Of a stretch of 64,000 nt of DNA, positions 1-12,425 are shown piece by piece. The position numbers were made by a program, and so were the translations under genes. How positions within the stretch are numbered: position 1 is the stretch's first letter; each line of letters opens with the position of its first letter. The stretch is from contig NC_081392.1 in assembly GCF_030684315.1 (NCBI RefSeq), forward strand, positions 620,001 to 684,000, given 5' to 3'. This stretch comes from Stegostoma tigrinum (Eukaryota). A model generated the notes under the pieces. The model was not told the origin of the DNA. It was given only the letters and a program-made list of their open reading frames with translations, and searched no databases.

Positions 1-239
1 ATATAGTGACGATATATCAAAAGATCCTTCTCCAACTCTAGCTAAGATAAGATGTACATAGTGATAACACAGTCTGAGTAACTACTTCCAGACTTCTGCT
101 AAGCTCGTTAAAATCCCACATGCTAAACTAATCAAAATTCTTGCTCTAAGTCATCAGTTTCTCCCTTGGTTGCTTTTTCTGTCTTGGCCTAAATTCCCAT
201 CTAGCCCTGAAATGTAAAATTTTTCTTCCACATTAAGGA

Positions 240-1440
240 TGTTATACTGGAATTTCTAAAAATTAAAGATATGATCAGGTGGCGTCAATGAACTTGAACG
301 TTTTGGGAAAGAGAAATCGTTTTTAACTGATTTAATAGTCTTTTTTGTTAGGAACAAGCAAAATGTAAAAAGGATCCCATTGATCTGGTGTTTGGGGTTT
401 CAAAAATACATTTAGTAAAGTTCCATATCAAGGGCTATTACATGCTATAAGAGCACATGCTAAATGGAGTAACACCTTAGCACGCATACTAGATTGTTTG
501 GCTTGGTGTTTTTGTGTTGCCACTCTGTAACTTGTACAGCACCACAGGATCAGTTTTAGGATATGAACTATTTACTATCTGTGCCAATGACTTGGATGAA
601 GAGATAGTTAAATTTTTCAATGACACCATGGTAAAAAGGAAATCAGATTGCCAAAAAGAGATAAACATATAATGAAAATGGACTGTATGACAAATGAAGT
701 ATAATATTGGAACATATTGAACTGCACTTATTCACAGGAATTAAAAGAAAACTACACTTGATGAGGAGAAAATGCAGAATGCAACATGAAGAGGGATTTC
801 AGTGTCCTGGAGCAATAAATCAAAAAGTCTCACTTGCAGGTATAGCAAGTGATTAGGAAGAGAAGATGTAAGTTGGGATTGCTTACAATCAGGTTGGAAC
901 ATAAAAACAGAAAAATTTTATTTCAACTGTACAGCATTTTGGTGACACCCGGACTATTGCATATCATTTTGGTCTCCTTATACTAAAAATATGACTGTTT
1001 TAGAAGCTGACATAGAAGATTCAGGCGAATATTCCTATGTTGAAATTATTAATTTTTGAAGGTTGAATCAGTTGGATCTACGCTCATCAGCGTTTAGAAG
1101 AATGAGAGTTGATCTTGTTAAAACAAAAAAGTTCTTCAGGAAAATAGTTAGGATGGACATAAGAAAGACGTTTCTTCTTATTGCAGGAACTAGAACATTA
1201 TAAATATCATGAACAAAACGCCTCACTTTTAAAACAGATGGGCAGTTTTCTTTTCTTCCAAAAGGTTGATACTTCGTAGAATTTTCTTTTCAGGAACACA
1301 ATGGTGAATGAATGAATTAGATTAACTAATTAACAGTAATTCAAAGGATAATTTTGATACAGAAGGCAACTAAATGTTACGTAAGGAGAGACAGACGGGA
1401 AACCGATCTTATGCCATATGATCTTCTTGATTGGAAAGTA
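240..1440 (+). mobile_element. Old CR1 LINE ORF2 remnant
   Basis: Decayed GKSCLTNL, PQGSVLG and FxDDT-like nucleotide motifs and a CR1 3' region. Confidence 0.65.
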
Positions 1441-2439
1441 AATCCAAGAGACACATTTCAATCTGTGTTTCCGGGCTAAACTCTCTTCAAGAACGAGGTA
1501 AATGAAGTTGATGTAGGTGTTCATTGCTTCCCTGCCTCAGAGATGCTATCCCTGGCCAGTTACTAAGGGTGCATGAAGTAGATAAAGCTCTGAATGTCTA
1601 ATGCTTGTTGTACTGAAGGACGGACGATGCCGAGGTAAAAATGCCCTCAAACATGTGAATATGTTCATGATAATCTTAAGAAAATCTTGAATCAACCTGG
1701 GCCAGCATTCCTAATGAATTTTGAGGAAGGGTCACTAAACCTGAACTTTAACTCTTATTCCTCTCCGCAGATGCTGCCAGACCTGCTGAGCCTTTCCAGC
1801 AATTTCTGTTTTTGTTCTAACATTCTCTACGCATCAGCAGACTAGTTTTGGCTCCCAGTTTTCCTCTTGAACGCTTCTTGAATGCTTTCTGGGTGACTTT
1901 GGCAACTGTTGATTTGATGTCATAGTCGTAAGCACCACCTCAATCACTTCATTTAAATTCAACCAATTCAAGTCATTGTGAACAGCTCTGTCACATGAAG
2001 ATCTAACCTTAATCTCAAGCAAGGGAATTTTCTAATTCGTGTCCTAGAACTCCATGAAGGTGGTGCACTGTCTTATGAATGGGGTGGAATGTGGGTAAGG
2101 CAGGAAATGTACATATGCCTGCTAATTCTGGCTTTGTATCTAATATATCATCAGCTAGAGAGTAGCTCCAAAGGTGGTATTGAGATCTATCCCCTCACAC
2201 ATCGAGAAACAATCGACAGAACCCATTATCTAACATTGATGATATCACTAACTCCACGTAGGTCAACACAATAAATATCTACCGATGTTTCAGTAGGGGT
2301 TGGCATCATAACACCAATTTTCATCTCGCTGATGGCGGTGTTGCTGCTGAATTCAATGCTGTTGGTGACGACACCTTCTCTTGACTGTTGAGATCACAAT
2401 CTTGATTGATATTCCTCAGGTCAGTGCATCAGTATTGCC

Positions 2440-2800
2440 ACCCAATACTTAAAACGGGTCACCAAAGATCACTAAATATCCTCAGACAGCACCTTCCAAA
2501 CCCATGCCCATTTCCATCTAGAAGGAAAAGGGCAGCAGATATATGGGAACGCCACCACCTCCAAATTCCTTTCCAAGTCTCTCACCATCCTGACTTGGAA
2601 ATATATTGTTCCTTCACTGTAGTTGGTCAAAATCCTGGAATTACCTCCCTAATAGCTTTGCGGGTCAAACCACAGCAGGAAGACTGCAGCAGTTCAAGAA
2701 GACAGCTCACCACCACCTTCTCAAGGGCAACTAGGGATAGGCAAGAAATGCTAGCCCAGCCAGCGATGCCTACATACCATGAAACAAATTTTAAAAACTG
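2440..2800 (+). mobile_element. LINE 3' end fragment
   Basis: Its 3' tail (CTTCTCAAGGGCAACTAGGGATAGGCAA...) is shared with the bipartite SINE copies elsewhere in the window. Confidence 0.6.
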
Positions 2801-2902
2801 ATAGATTAATACGGGACTTCTAGAAAGTGTGCTGCGGCAGTATGTTACCCAGAACTAATACCAAGACAACAAAAAGAGTATAGTGGTTGGAGAATCTAAG
2901 GT

Positions 2903-4832
2903 AACAAGATGTAGAGCTGGATGAAAACAACAGGTCAAGCAGCATCGGAGGAGCAGGAAAACTGATGTTTCAGGCCTAGACGCTTCTTCAAATATGGAGG
3001 AGGGGAGGGGGTTCTGAAATAAATAAGGAGAGGGGGAGGGGAATAGAAGATGGATAGAAGAAAAGATAGGTGGAAAGGAGACAGACTGGTAAAAGAGGTG
3101 GGGACGGCGCAGTAAAGGTGAGTGTACGTGGGAAGCTAGAGAGGAGATAGTCCAGGGAGGATGGACAGGTCAAGGGGGTGGGTTGAGATTAGTAGGGAGT
3201 GGATTGGGGGTGCCACTTGAGGTGGGAGGTGGAAACAGGAGAGGTCCTTTGCAAGCCTGGGAGAGGGAGGCTCTGAGCTGGGGTAGGCTTGATTGTAGTG
3301 CCTGGAGGTGCCACCGCATTCGTGCGAGTGTGTGTTTCAGAAGTCGCAGGGAGAAACGCCTCTGAAGGGTCTCAATGCTCTGAATGTAGATATTGTCACG
3401 GTTGGGGGCAAATTGGGAAGGCTTGAATGTGGACTGTAGTCCATTGGGGATGATCTGGTTCTGTAGGCAGGTACTAAGAAAGCTGATGTGACTGTAGTAC
3501 TCGGTTTGCTTCAGGATGTGGTAGAACAGTTTCAAGGCCAAAGAGATTACTTTAGCACTTTCTCCCTGCCACTCCTGAAACACAGAGTCGCAACTATGCA
3601 CCGACACCTCCAGATACTACAATTAAGCCTAGCCCATGTCAGAGCCTCCCTCTCCCAGACCTGCAAAGGACCTCTCCTGTTTTTACCTCCCACCTCATGC
3701 CCCACCCCCAATCTCCCACCTGGTAACCTCATCCTGCCCTATTGACCTGTCCATTCTCCCTGGACTGACCTATCTCCTCCCTACCTCCCCACCTACACTC
3801 ACCTTTCCTGGCTCCATCCCCGCCTCTTTGACTGGTCTGTCTCCTCTCCAGCTATCTTCTCCTCTATCCATCTTCTGTCCGCCACCCCATCTTTCCCTAT
3901 TTATTTCAGAATCCTCTTCCCCTCCCCCATTTCTGAAGAAGGGTCTAGGCCTGAAACGTCAGCTTTCCTGCTCCTATGCTGCTGCTTGGCCTGCTGTGTT
4001 CATTCAGCTCTACGCCTTGTTATCTTAGATTCTGCAGCATCTGCAGTTCCTACTATCTCTGAAACAATCCTAACCCCACTGTGAAGCCTCTTCTGAGGAT
4101 GCCTACCCTGAAGAAGTTACCTCCCTTCCTCCAGAGAAACCTCAGTCGATCTCTCTCCCACTGTAATTCTCTCATAATCTCTTCGGCCTTGAAACTGCTC
4201 GACCACGTCCTGAAACAAACCAGATACTACAACCACATCACCTTTCTTGGTACCTGCCTAGAACCAGATCATCCCCAATGACCTTCAGTCCACATTCAAT
4301 CCTTCCCAATTTGTCCCCAAACGTGACAATATATACATTCAGAATATTGAGACCCTTCAGAAGCGTTTCTCCCTGCGACTCCTGAAACACTCAGTCGCAG
4401 CTCTGTCCCGACATCTCCAGGCACTACAATCAAGCCTATCCCAGCTCAGAGCCTCCCTCTCCCAGACCTGCAAGGACCTCTCCTGTTTTTACCTCCCACC
4501 TCAAGCCCCACCCCCAATCTCCCAGCTAATACCCTCATCCCGCCCCCTTGGCCTGTCCGCCCTCCCTGGACTGACCAATCTCCTCCCTAACTCCCCAGCT
4601 ACACTCACCTTTACTGGCTCCATCCCCGCCTCTTTGACTGGCCTGTCTCCTCTGTACCTATCTTCTCCTCTATCCATCTTCTATCCGCCGCCCCAACTCT
4701 CCTTATTTATTTCAGAACCCTCTTCCCCTACCCCATTTCTGAAGAAGTGTCTAGGCCCAAAACGTTGGCTTTCCTGCACCAATGATGCTGCTTGGCCTGC
4801 TGTGTTCATCCAACTCTAAACCTTGTTATCTT
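2903..4832. mobile_element. Penelope-like non-autonomous element: one inverted copy (2903-3550) plus two tandem copies (3560-4026, 4027-4832)
   Basis: The segments are visibly reverse-complement or direct copies of each other, as in Penelope pseudo-LTR structure. Hammerhead-like cores CTGAAGAAGGGTCTAGGCCTGAAACGTC at ~3933 and a decayed copy at ~4739. Confidence 0.75.
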
Positions 4833-5066
4833 AGTACCGTGGTTATTTATTTATTGCGGTTAGTGGGAGCTTGCACTACTAAAATTGGTCGCCCGGCATA
4901 TCAGCCACTATACTTTGATGAACTCACACAGTGGTAAAGATATTTGGTGCTTTCTGAAGTCAGCAGTGATACTTCCGTGATGGAATTTGTAGTTTCTCCA
5001 AACATTTTCTCTGTTTCAATCTATAATTGAATAAGACGGGAATCCAGCGGACGTCTACTTTGACAG

Positions 5067-5339
5067 GAATTCTCGCCTCTTCCGTGTCGCAGACACCCTC
5101 TCAGCTGTCGATGGCACCAGGAAAGTCTGACACACCCAGAAACACGCCGGTAAAGACTGGCCATGCCATTACGTTCTGGCATGATAAGAATGAGATCGGC
5201 CATTAGGAGTATTGTTTCCAATTAAACCTTCGAGACGCTTAAGACAGTCTAAACCAGCGGCACGCTGTTTGACCTGGAAGTGAGAGATGCCCCTCTATCT
5301 CACACTGATATGTACTTCTGTGTTCCTCGTATCACATAA
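5067..5339 (+). pseudogene. Degenerate inverted V relic of a different family
   Basis: Acceptor TTTGACAG|GA, then ILASSVSQTPSQLSMAPGKS (FR1-like, Cys23 lost), FWH at the W41 position and stops. Ends TSGTLFDLEVRDAPLSHTDMYFCVPR + CACATAA heptamer remnant; no nonamer. Confidence 0.7.
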
Positions 5340-6249
5340 TATTCGAAGCTCATTTTCATTCGCCTTGGATGGATACAGGACGTTCAGAGTTGATTCTGTC
5401 CGTATGAATGTGCCAGCGTTTCCAAACATGTTCACATTGTCCTAAGCCCTGCCCATAACTCAAGGTTTGAATTCGTGAATCTTTCTACTTCCCTTATTCT
5501 TGAATCTGTTTACTGCAGCCACTGTGATCCTGCGCTCCAAAACAAGCAATTCGTAGCATTGAAAAGGAACTCATCATACTCCGGTGATTCCAAGTGACTA
5601 AGCATCTCAACAAAATAACAATATTTTTAATGATTTTCAACATCTCCATCACATCTGCCCGTAACATTATCTGATGCCACGAAAAAAAAGCCAGCTTCTT
5701 CAATCTCTCCACTTGAATGAAATTCCTCATTTCCGGTTAGTGTACTAATCAACCTGCTCTCTACTTTTTCCTAGGGTTTGTCATCCTTCCCGAAACGTAG
5801 TTCCCACACGCAACACGACAATTCTGCTGCCGAAAATGACAATTTCTACTGGCTCGGCGTAACTCTGCTGTTTTAAGCTCTATTTCGTTTTTTTTTTATA
5901 AAACCAAGGTTGCATTTTTTTAAAGTCTCATCTTGTACTCACATCTGCAAAAACGTCAATACATAGAAAGACAAAGACAAGATGCAAATGGGAACATCGC
6001 CAATCTGCTTTTCCAGTTACAAGCTATCTATCCTGAAACAATGTTGGAGTTCCTCATGTCGTTGCGTCACGAATGCAGTAGCTGGAACGATGGCGGGATG
6101 GCCTAGTTCAGCTCCTATTTTCCATGTGGGCGTTGCTGAGATGATCATAAATGACGCTTAGGGCATTCACTTTCATGTAATTTTTAGCATATTTTATTAC
6201 AACAATATGCCAAAAGCAGCATATGACATATGACATGAATTTTGTATGC

Positions 6250-8900
6250 GTATTTAAATCAGTACAAAGAAAACAAAGAACAATACAGCTCTTCAGCCCT
6301 CCAGGACTGTGCCGCCACTTTTTGCCCTTCCGCACTAAAGTTATCTTTTCACTTACAGGATGCGTATCCCTCTATTCCCTTCCTAATGTATTCGTTCAAG
6401 TGCTTCTGAAATGATGTTATTGCTTCTGCTTCCACCACCTCCTCTGGTAACGCATTCCAAGCACTCACCACCCTTTGTGTGAAAAACCTGCCTCGCACAG
6501 CTCTTTTAAGCTTTCCCCCCCACCCCCCAACACCCCCACCACACCCCCAAACCCCACCCCCGACATTGAACCGCTGTTCCCAGTAATTGACCCCTCCACC
6601 TTGGAAAAAAAATGCCTCATACTTGCCAGGCTTTCCATGCCATTCACAATCTTATAAACTTCAGTTAGGTCGCCCCTAAACCTCCTGCAATCCAGTGAAA
6701 ACAAACCCAGTCTATCCAATCTTTCTTCATTGCTAAAATCCCATATACCTGGCAAATTCTTGGTAAACCTTTTCCGTACCCTCTCTAAATCACCCACGTC
6801 CTCTAGTGGTGTTATGACCAGAACTGTACGCCATAATCCAAGTGTGGCTTAAGTAAAGTTCTATAAACCTGCAGTGTAACCTGTCTATCCTTGTTCTCAA
6901 TGCCCCTCCCAATGAAAGCACGCATGCCATAAAGCCATTTGTCCTACCTTATCTATTTGGGCTGCCACATTCAGTGGCCTATGGACCTGCACATCCAGAA
7001 CCCTTTGCATTCAATACTCCTAAGGGTTCTGACATTCACTGCATAATTTCCACCTGTACTTGACTTTCCAAAATAGTTCACCTCACATTTGTCCGGATTA
7101 AACTCCATCTGCCGTTTTCCGTCTATGCCTCCAACTGATATGTATCCTGCTGTTTTCTCTGACAATTCTCTATCAGCAACTCCACCAATCCTGTGATAGC
7201 AAGAACTACAGATGCTGGAATCAGAGTCCACCAAACTTTGCATCGTTTGCAAACTTACTAATTTGATCAGCTACCTTTTCCTTCACATCAATTATGTAGA
7301 CCACGAACAGCAGAGGTCCAAGCACTGATCCCTGTGGAACACCACTAGTCACAACCCTCCATTCTGAAAAGCATCCTTCCACCGCTACTCCTTGCCTGCT
7401 TTAACTAAGCCAATTTTGTATCCATCTTGTCAGCTTAGCCGGATACCATGTGACTTCACCTTTCGCACCAGTCCTGCCATAAGGCACCTTGTCAAAGGTT
7501 TTACTGAACTCCATGTAGACAACATCAACTACTTATCCCTCATCAATCATCTTTGTCACCTCCTGAAAAAACTCTATCAATTTAGTGAGGCACGACATCC
7601 TCTGCACAAAACCACGCTGTTCATTGCTAATAAGTCTATTTACTTCTAAATGCGTACAGATCTTGTCTCTGAGAATCTTTTGCAATCATTTCCTTATCAC
7701 GGACTTGAGTCTCACAGGTCTGTCATTTCCAGGATCATCCCTGCTACCCTTCTTAAATATTGGGACGACATTGGCTATTCTCTAGCTCTTTGAAACCTTA
7801 ACTGTGGCCAAAGAAGCTACAAAGATGTCAATCAATGTTAAAGCAATATGTTCTGTTGCCTCCCTCAACATTCTGGGATAGATCCCACCAGGACCCGGGG
7901 ACTTATCTGCCTTAATGTGTTTTAAGATAGTCAACACCTCTTCCTTTTTAACTGTAACTTGGCTTAGAAACTTGACTCTTCCTTTCCTGAAATCATCCTC
8001 CACCAGTTCTTTCTCTTCAGAGAATACTGACATTTAGGGCCTCTTCTGGTTCCACATATATCTTCCCTTCTTTGTCCTTGAGTGGGTCAACCGTTTCCGT
8101 GGCTACCCTCTTGCTTTTTATATATGCATAAAATGCTTTAGGATTCTCCTTAATCCTACTTGCTAGTGAATTTTCATGACCCCTTTAACCCTTCTCATTA
8201 CTTGCTTAAGTTCTTTCCTACTTCCCTTGCATACTTCAAGCGATTCATCAGTTCCCATCCTCATAGACTCTATATATGCTTCCTTTTTCTTTCTGACTCA
8301 AGGTTATAACATCCCCGGTTATCCAAGGTTCACGTAATTTGCCATACCTATCTTTCATTCTCGGGGGATGTGCCGCTCCTGAACTTGTATCAAATGCCAT
8401 TTGAAATACTGCCACAAGTCTGATGTCGATCTACCCTCAGCCAGCCACCTCCAATCAAAATTCTCCAGTTCCTGCCTAATATTGTTGTGATCGTAGAATC
8501 CTTAAATGTGGAAACAGGCCAGCTGGCCCAAAAAGTCCACACCACTCCTCTGAACAGCACCCCAGCCACACCCAATACATTTCCTTGTCTCACCCAAACA
8601 TCCCTGGGCAATTTAAGCCTTTCCTACACATCCTTTGGACTGAGGAAGGAAACTGGAGCACCCAGAGGAAACCCACATAGACACAGGGAGAATATGCAAA
8701 CGCCACAGAGACAGTCGCCCGAGGCTAGAGTCAAACGCCGGTCCCGAGTGCTGTGAGGTAGCAGCACTAACCATTGAGCCACTGTGCCACGCGAAACTCA
8801 CCTTCCCCCTAATTGACACCTGCATTCGCAGACTGCTGTTATCCCGAACAATGAGTACCTTAAAAATCGGGGCATTATGGTCACTCCTCCCGAAATGCAT
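6250..8900 (-). mobile_element. CR1 LINE ORF2 fragment, interrupted by a SINE
   Basis: ORF pieces DKSPGPGGIYPR, QMEFNPDKCEV and LERVRKRFTKNLPG..ERLDRLGLFSL. Confidence 0.85.
8495..8790 (-). mobile_element. tRNA-derived shark SINE (HE1-like)
   Basis: A/B box head and the conserved central GGAGTTTGCAC...GGGTTTCCTC body. Confidence 0.85.
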
Positions 8901-9577
8901 ATATTACTACGTCTTTTGTGGCAATTCTGGCATCTATTTTTCTCTTCTCTGTGTTTGCTGGATGAAGAAAATTAGGTAGGCACAAGAACGATTGGAAGAC
9001 GTTGCAGACAACACGCTGAGGAAAATGATCAACTACCCAATTGTTGAGTCTGTATATGGAAACTACATTACTCGGCATGAAATTGGAGACAGTGTGCATT
9101 AAATGACTCCGCTTTAGTGAGGAAGTTATTAACCACCGCTATGACGTCTTGCGGGATGGCCAGAGCTAAGCTCAAAACGCCACACCACTTATCAGTGACA
9201 ATGGATGTAAACGTGGCCTCCAATTTTGAATCATAGAGGTCATTACAGTCAAGCTCATGCGAGCCAACTCACAAGAGAACTTTGAGGGCTCCTATTCATC
9301 AGGTATCTGTCATTATTTACCAAAGATTGCTTTGTCACTAATTTTAGTATGTCCTCAGAACAGATGTGCAAGCGCCCACCATATTCCATATGAATGTCAG
9401 TTTCCCTAATTTCTTTACGGCTTTGGTTCGACAACATATTCATTTGAAGGTACCAAACCATGAGTTCGTTTCACGCATCAAGAAATAAAGGCTTCCACTT
9501 GCAGATGCAGGTGCAATGACAGTTTTCGACAAGCAGATGTAGATCCTCGGTGTTACGCTCTGCCCTCCTCTCTTCAG

Positions 9578-9747
9578 GTTGCCATGGAAGTCCTTACCAT
9601 TCCTTGGTCCTCAGGAACTCAGTATTGCAGCAGACAATGAGTGCTTTGCATCGAAGTTCAGGACGGTTACTCGGTGACAAGGGGACTCACTGAAAATGTG
9701 GTTTAGAGCACAGTGCCACAGGACTAGCCACCCAGTGCAAGAATAAT
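9578..9747 (+). pseudogene. Possible internally deleted V relic
   Basis: Strong acceptor CCTCTCTTCAG|GT TGC CAT GGA (xCHG, leader-end like) and a 3' end DKGTH*KCGLE directly followed by CACAGTG (9709-9715). Only about 130 nt long with a poor nonamer. Confidence 0.3.
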
Positions 9748-10517
9748 GCAATCATTCACATTGGTCGACACATCTCATGTCTCAACACATCACGATACAA
9801 AGGACATTTGCCTGCTGAAATACGTTTCTCGTATCTAAAAATTCAGGGTACAGTTTGATAAGCTCTTCTAATGAAGCGTTGAAACCTGGATTGGAATGTT
9901 GTGTTATTACTGATTTGCTCTCCAGGAAGGACTGTATCTCCACCCCATGTTGTCAAGATGCAAAAGTGAACCAGGTGGAGTTGGTCCATCTACAGCCTAT
10001 AGCGTGTGTCTTGACGCAGACGTGACTCCTGGAATGTATAGCAAAGCCAAAGATTGACTAAAGACAGGTAAATATGTTCAGCTTCTAGACAACTGGTAAG
10101 AAATGTCAGATGGCTGGTTCTGAGCCTTTTACTTTCGAGATTCCTGTCACGTGTTTCTTAAGCTTCAAACAGCACGACAGCTGTAGATGGTAATATCGCG
10201 GCGCGTAAACTTAATTCTGATTGAGTTGCAAATATTTCATTCCCGATTAATGAAAAATGGGCAAGAATTGTGTGAAAGGGTGGCGAACGGAAAACAAAGG
10301 CTGTAAGAAGAGAAAAACGAAAGGAGCGAACATGGACTAGGAGGAATTTGCAAAAAAAGTACGTCGGCGGCATTAGTTCCAACAGCAGGTTCAGTCACGT
10401 GATTAGCCCGGCAACTGTCAATCACTGCCCACCAATCTGGTGACTTTTCTATTACGATCCTTTGTAAACGCTGTCTTATCGATCAGTAACGTTGGCTCTC
10501 AGTTCCTGAGCAGGGCG

Positions 10518-10581
10518 ATGGCAGTGTCAGTTCAAGCGATCACAGTCTGTCTCACCCTATCGCTCGGACAATGGATTCAAT
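10518..10581 (+). CDS. TRBV: Leader exon of inverted V (MAVSVQAITVCLTLSLGQWIQ)
   Basis: ATG at 10518, hydrophobic signal peptide, phase-1 donor T|GTAAGT at 10582. Confidence 0.88.
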
Positions 10582-10876
10582 GTAAGTATGAGGCCGAACT
10601 CACCTTTCGCAACAACGAAATAGGAAACATTTTAATTGTACCCAGTTGGGAGGATAATCAATACTATTAAAATAAATGGAATTGGATCAGTGCTGAGAGA
10701 GCAAACCGAGAGTTAATACGTAAGAGCGGAAAAGCAAATAAAACTAATCAGATAGCTCTCGGAAACCGCCGCCACAGAAAAGATGGGCCGAATTATCGCT
10801 CCGTCAATTGAAAAACTTCTTTGATTTTACCGGATGTCTTAATCTATAACTTTACCCTTCTCGAAATATATTCCAG

Positions 10877-11173
10877 GGGTTCGTGCTGCGCCGACTGTAG
10901 TCCAGTCTGCAACAGGGGCCACTATTCCACAAGGACAGACTTTCACTTTGACCTGCAGTTTAGACGGAGAGAGCATGGGCAGCTATACTATGCACTGGTA
11001 CCGCCAACAGGGGACAACAATAGAGTGGCTGTGCGATGAATATAAAAGCTGTGCATCGGGTTTAGACGACAGGTTCGAAGTGCAACACCTCTCTGCGAAT
11101 AACCGATTTACCCTGAAGCTGAGCAGTACCCAGTTGGCAGACTCTGCGACCTACTACTGTGCAGCCAGTATGG
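10877..11173 (+). CDS. TRBV: V exon, apparently functional, inverted relative to TRBJ/TRBC
   Basis: Acceptor TTCCAG|GG. Open frame WVRAAPTVVQSATGATIPQGQTFTLTCSLDGESMGSYTMHWYRQQGTTIEWLCDEYKSCASGLDDRFEVQHLSANNRFTLKLSSTQLADSATYYCAASM has canonical Cys23, WYRQ and DSATYYC. Assignment to beta is inferred from linkage and the 23-RSS. Confidence 0.92.
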
Positions 11174-11212
11174 CACAGAAACACAACCCGCCCATAAACT
11201 AATACAAAAACC
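11174..11212 (+). other. 23-spacer RSS of the functional inverted V
   Basis: CACAGAA + exactly 23 nt + consensus ACAAAAACC. Confidence 0.92.
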
Positions 11213-12425
11213 TTCCTGCTATCCCAACACGTACCTAGCTCCACCTGTGACCAGTGCACTCTAGGGAGTTCAGTAATCTAAAGAGATGTTGATATTTGGT
11301 ATGGTAATATGCGAGTTCCGAAAGTTACAAGATACGTTGCAGCCAAACATGGACTCATTGCGGCAAAACAGAGGCCATTCCACCTATCTTGCCCGTGAAA
11401 GCTCTCAGTAGAGCAATCGTTCTATTCCTTGTTCTATGTATAAAGCTCCACAGATTCACCAGGCATTAAGTTTCACGTTGTTATGACTCGCAGTGTGAAA
11501 CCGTTCATCTTCGAATTCGGTCCGCATCTCCCAGGCGAAACTTCACATCAGTATTCCAACATCTCTTCACCACGAGTTAATGGGAATAGTTTTTCTCAGT
11601 CATCCTTCTTTAAACCTAACTGTGTAATTTTCTAACATTGTCCCTTATTTAACCCTCTCCTAACTTCGTCCACCTCTATCAAGCATCCGCACGATCACTT
11701 TGCTCTAAGAACAAACCCAGATTTTTATGTTGCCTGATTTTGGGAAACATTTTGTGTTTGTATTTGTCTGATGCAGTTTTGTGCCACTGTGCTTTATTTG
11801 CAGAGCAGAAGTAGTCGCAGAGTCTGTCCTCTGCGCCTACTGATGGCCCCTCTTGTGTTTCCTACTGTGCGCTGAGCAGAATTGGGCGAGTCTCCTCGTG
11901 GTGGCTGGAATAACTTTACAAAGGTTCAGGATTTCCTCCCTTTTTTGTGCTCAGCACCTCTGTATAAAATCATAAGTTCCAATCCGTAATGTTTTGCCAC
12001 CAAGCCTTAGACGTTTATGCAAAAACGCAGGAAACACGGCGGATGTTTCTAAACCTCACTCAAAAATGCAAATAGAATATGTAAATGACGTTTTATTTGC
12101 AGATCTCAGTTGAGAGCTAGACGTTGCTAAACTGACATTCATAGGCCGTTTTGTTCTTCTGATTTCAGAAGTGGGTTTTTGTACAGTTCGGGATAGTGCA
12201 AAATACAACAGCAATAAATGAAATGCTGCTCACTTGTTTGAGATATTGACCTGGCTATGTTCCAGTACACGATTGGTTGATTCATCTTCAGGCGGAGTTC
12301 GTTCTCAACTCATGCACTTCCGCTCAGTGGGACGTCTTGCCTTCATAACACTCATCTTGGTAACACCAAGTCATTCATCAGCTTTGGGTTGCTTCATTAG
12401 AAGAGCAATAGCTGCCACGTCTGGA

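Noticed and set aside
6795-6810. CTCF-like ACCACTAGAGGACGTG on the minus strand
   Set aside because: Core mismatch, and it lies inside CR1 coding remnant.
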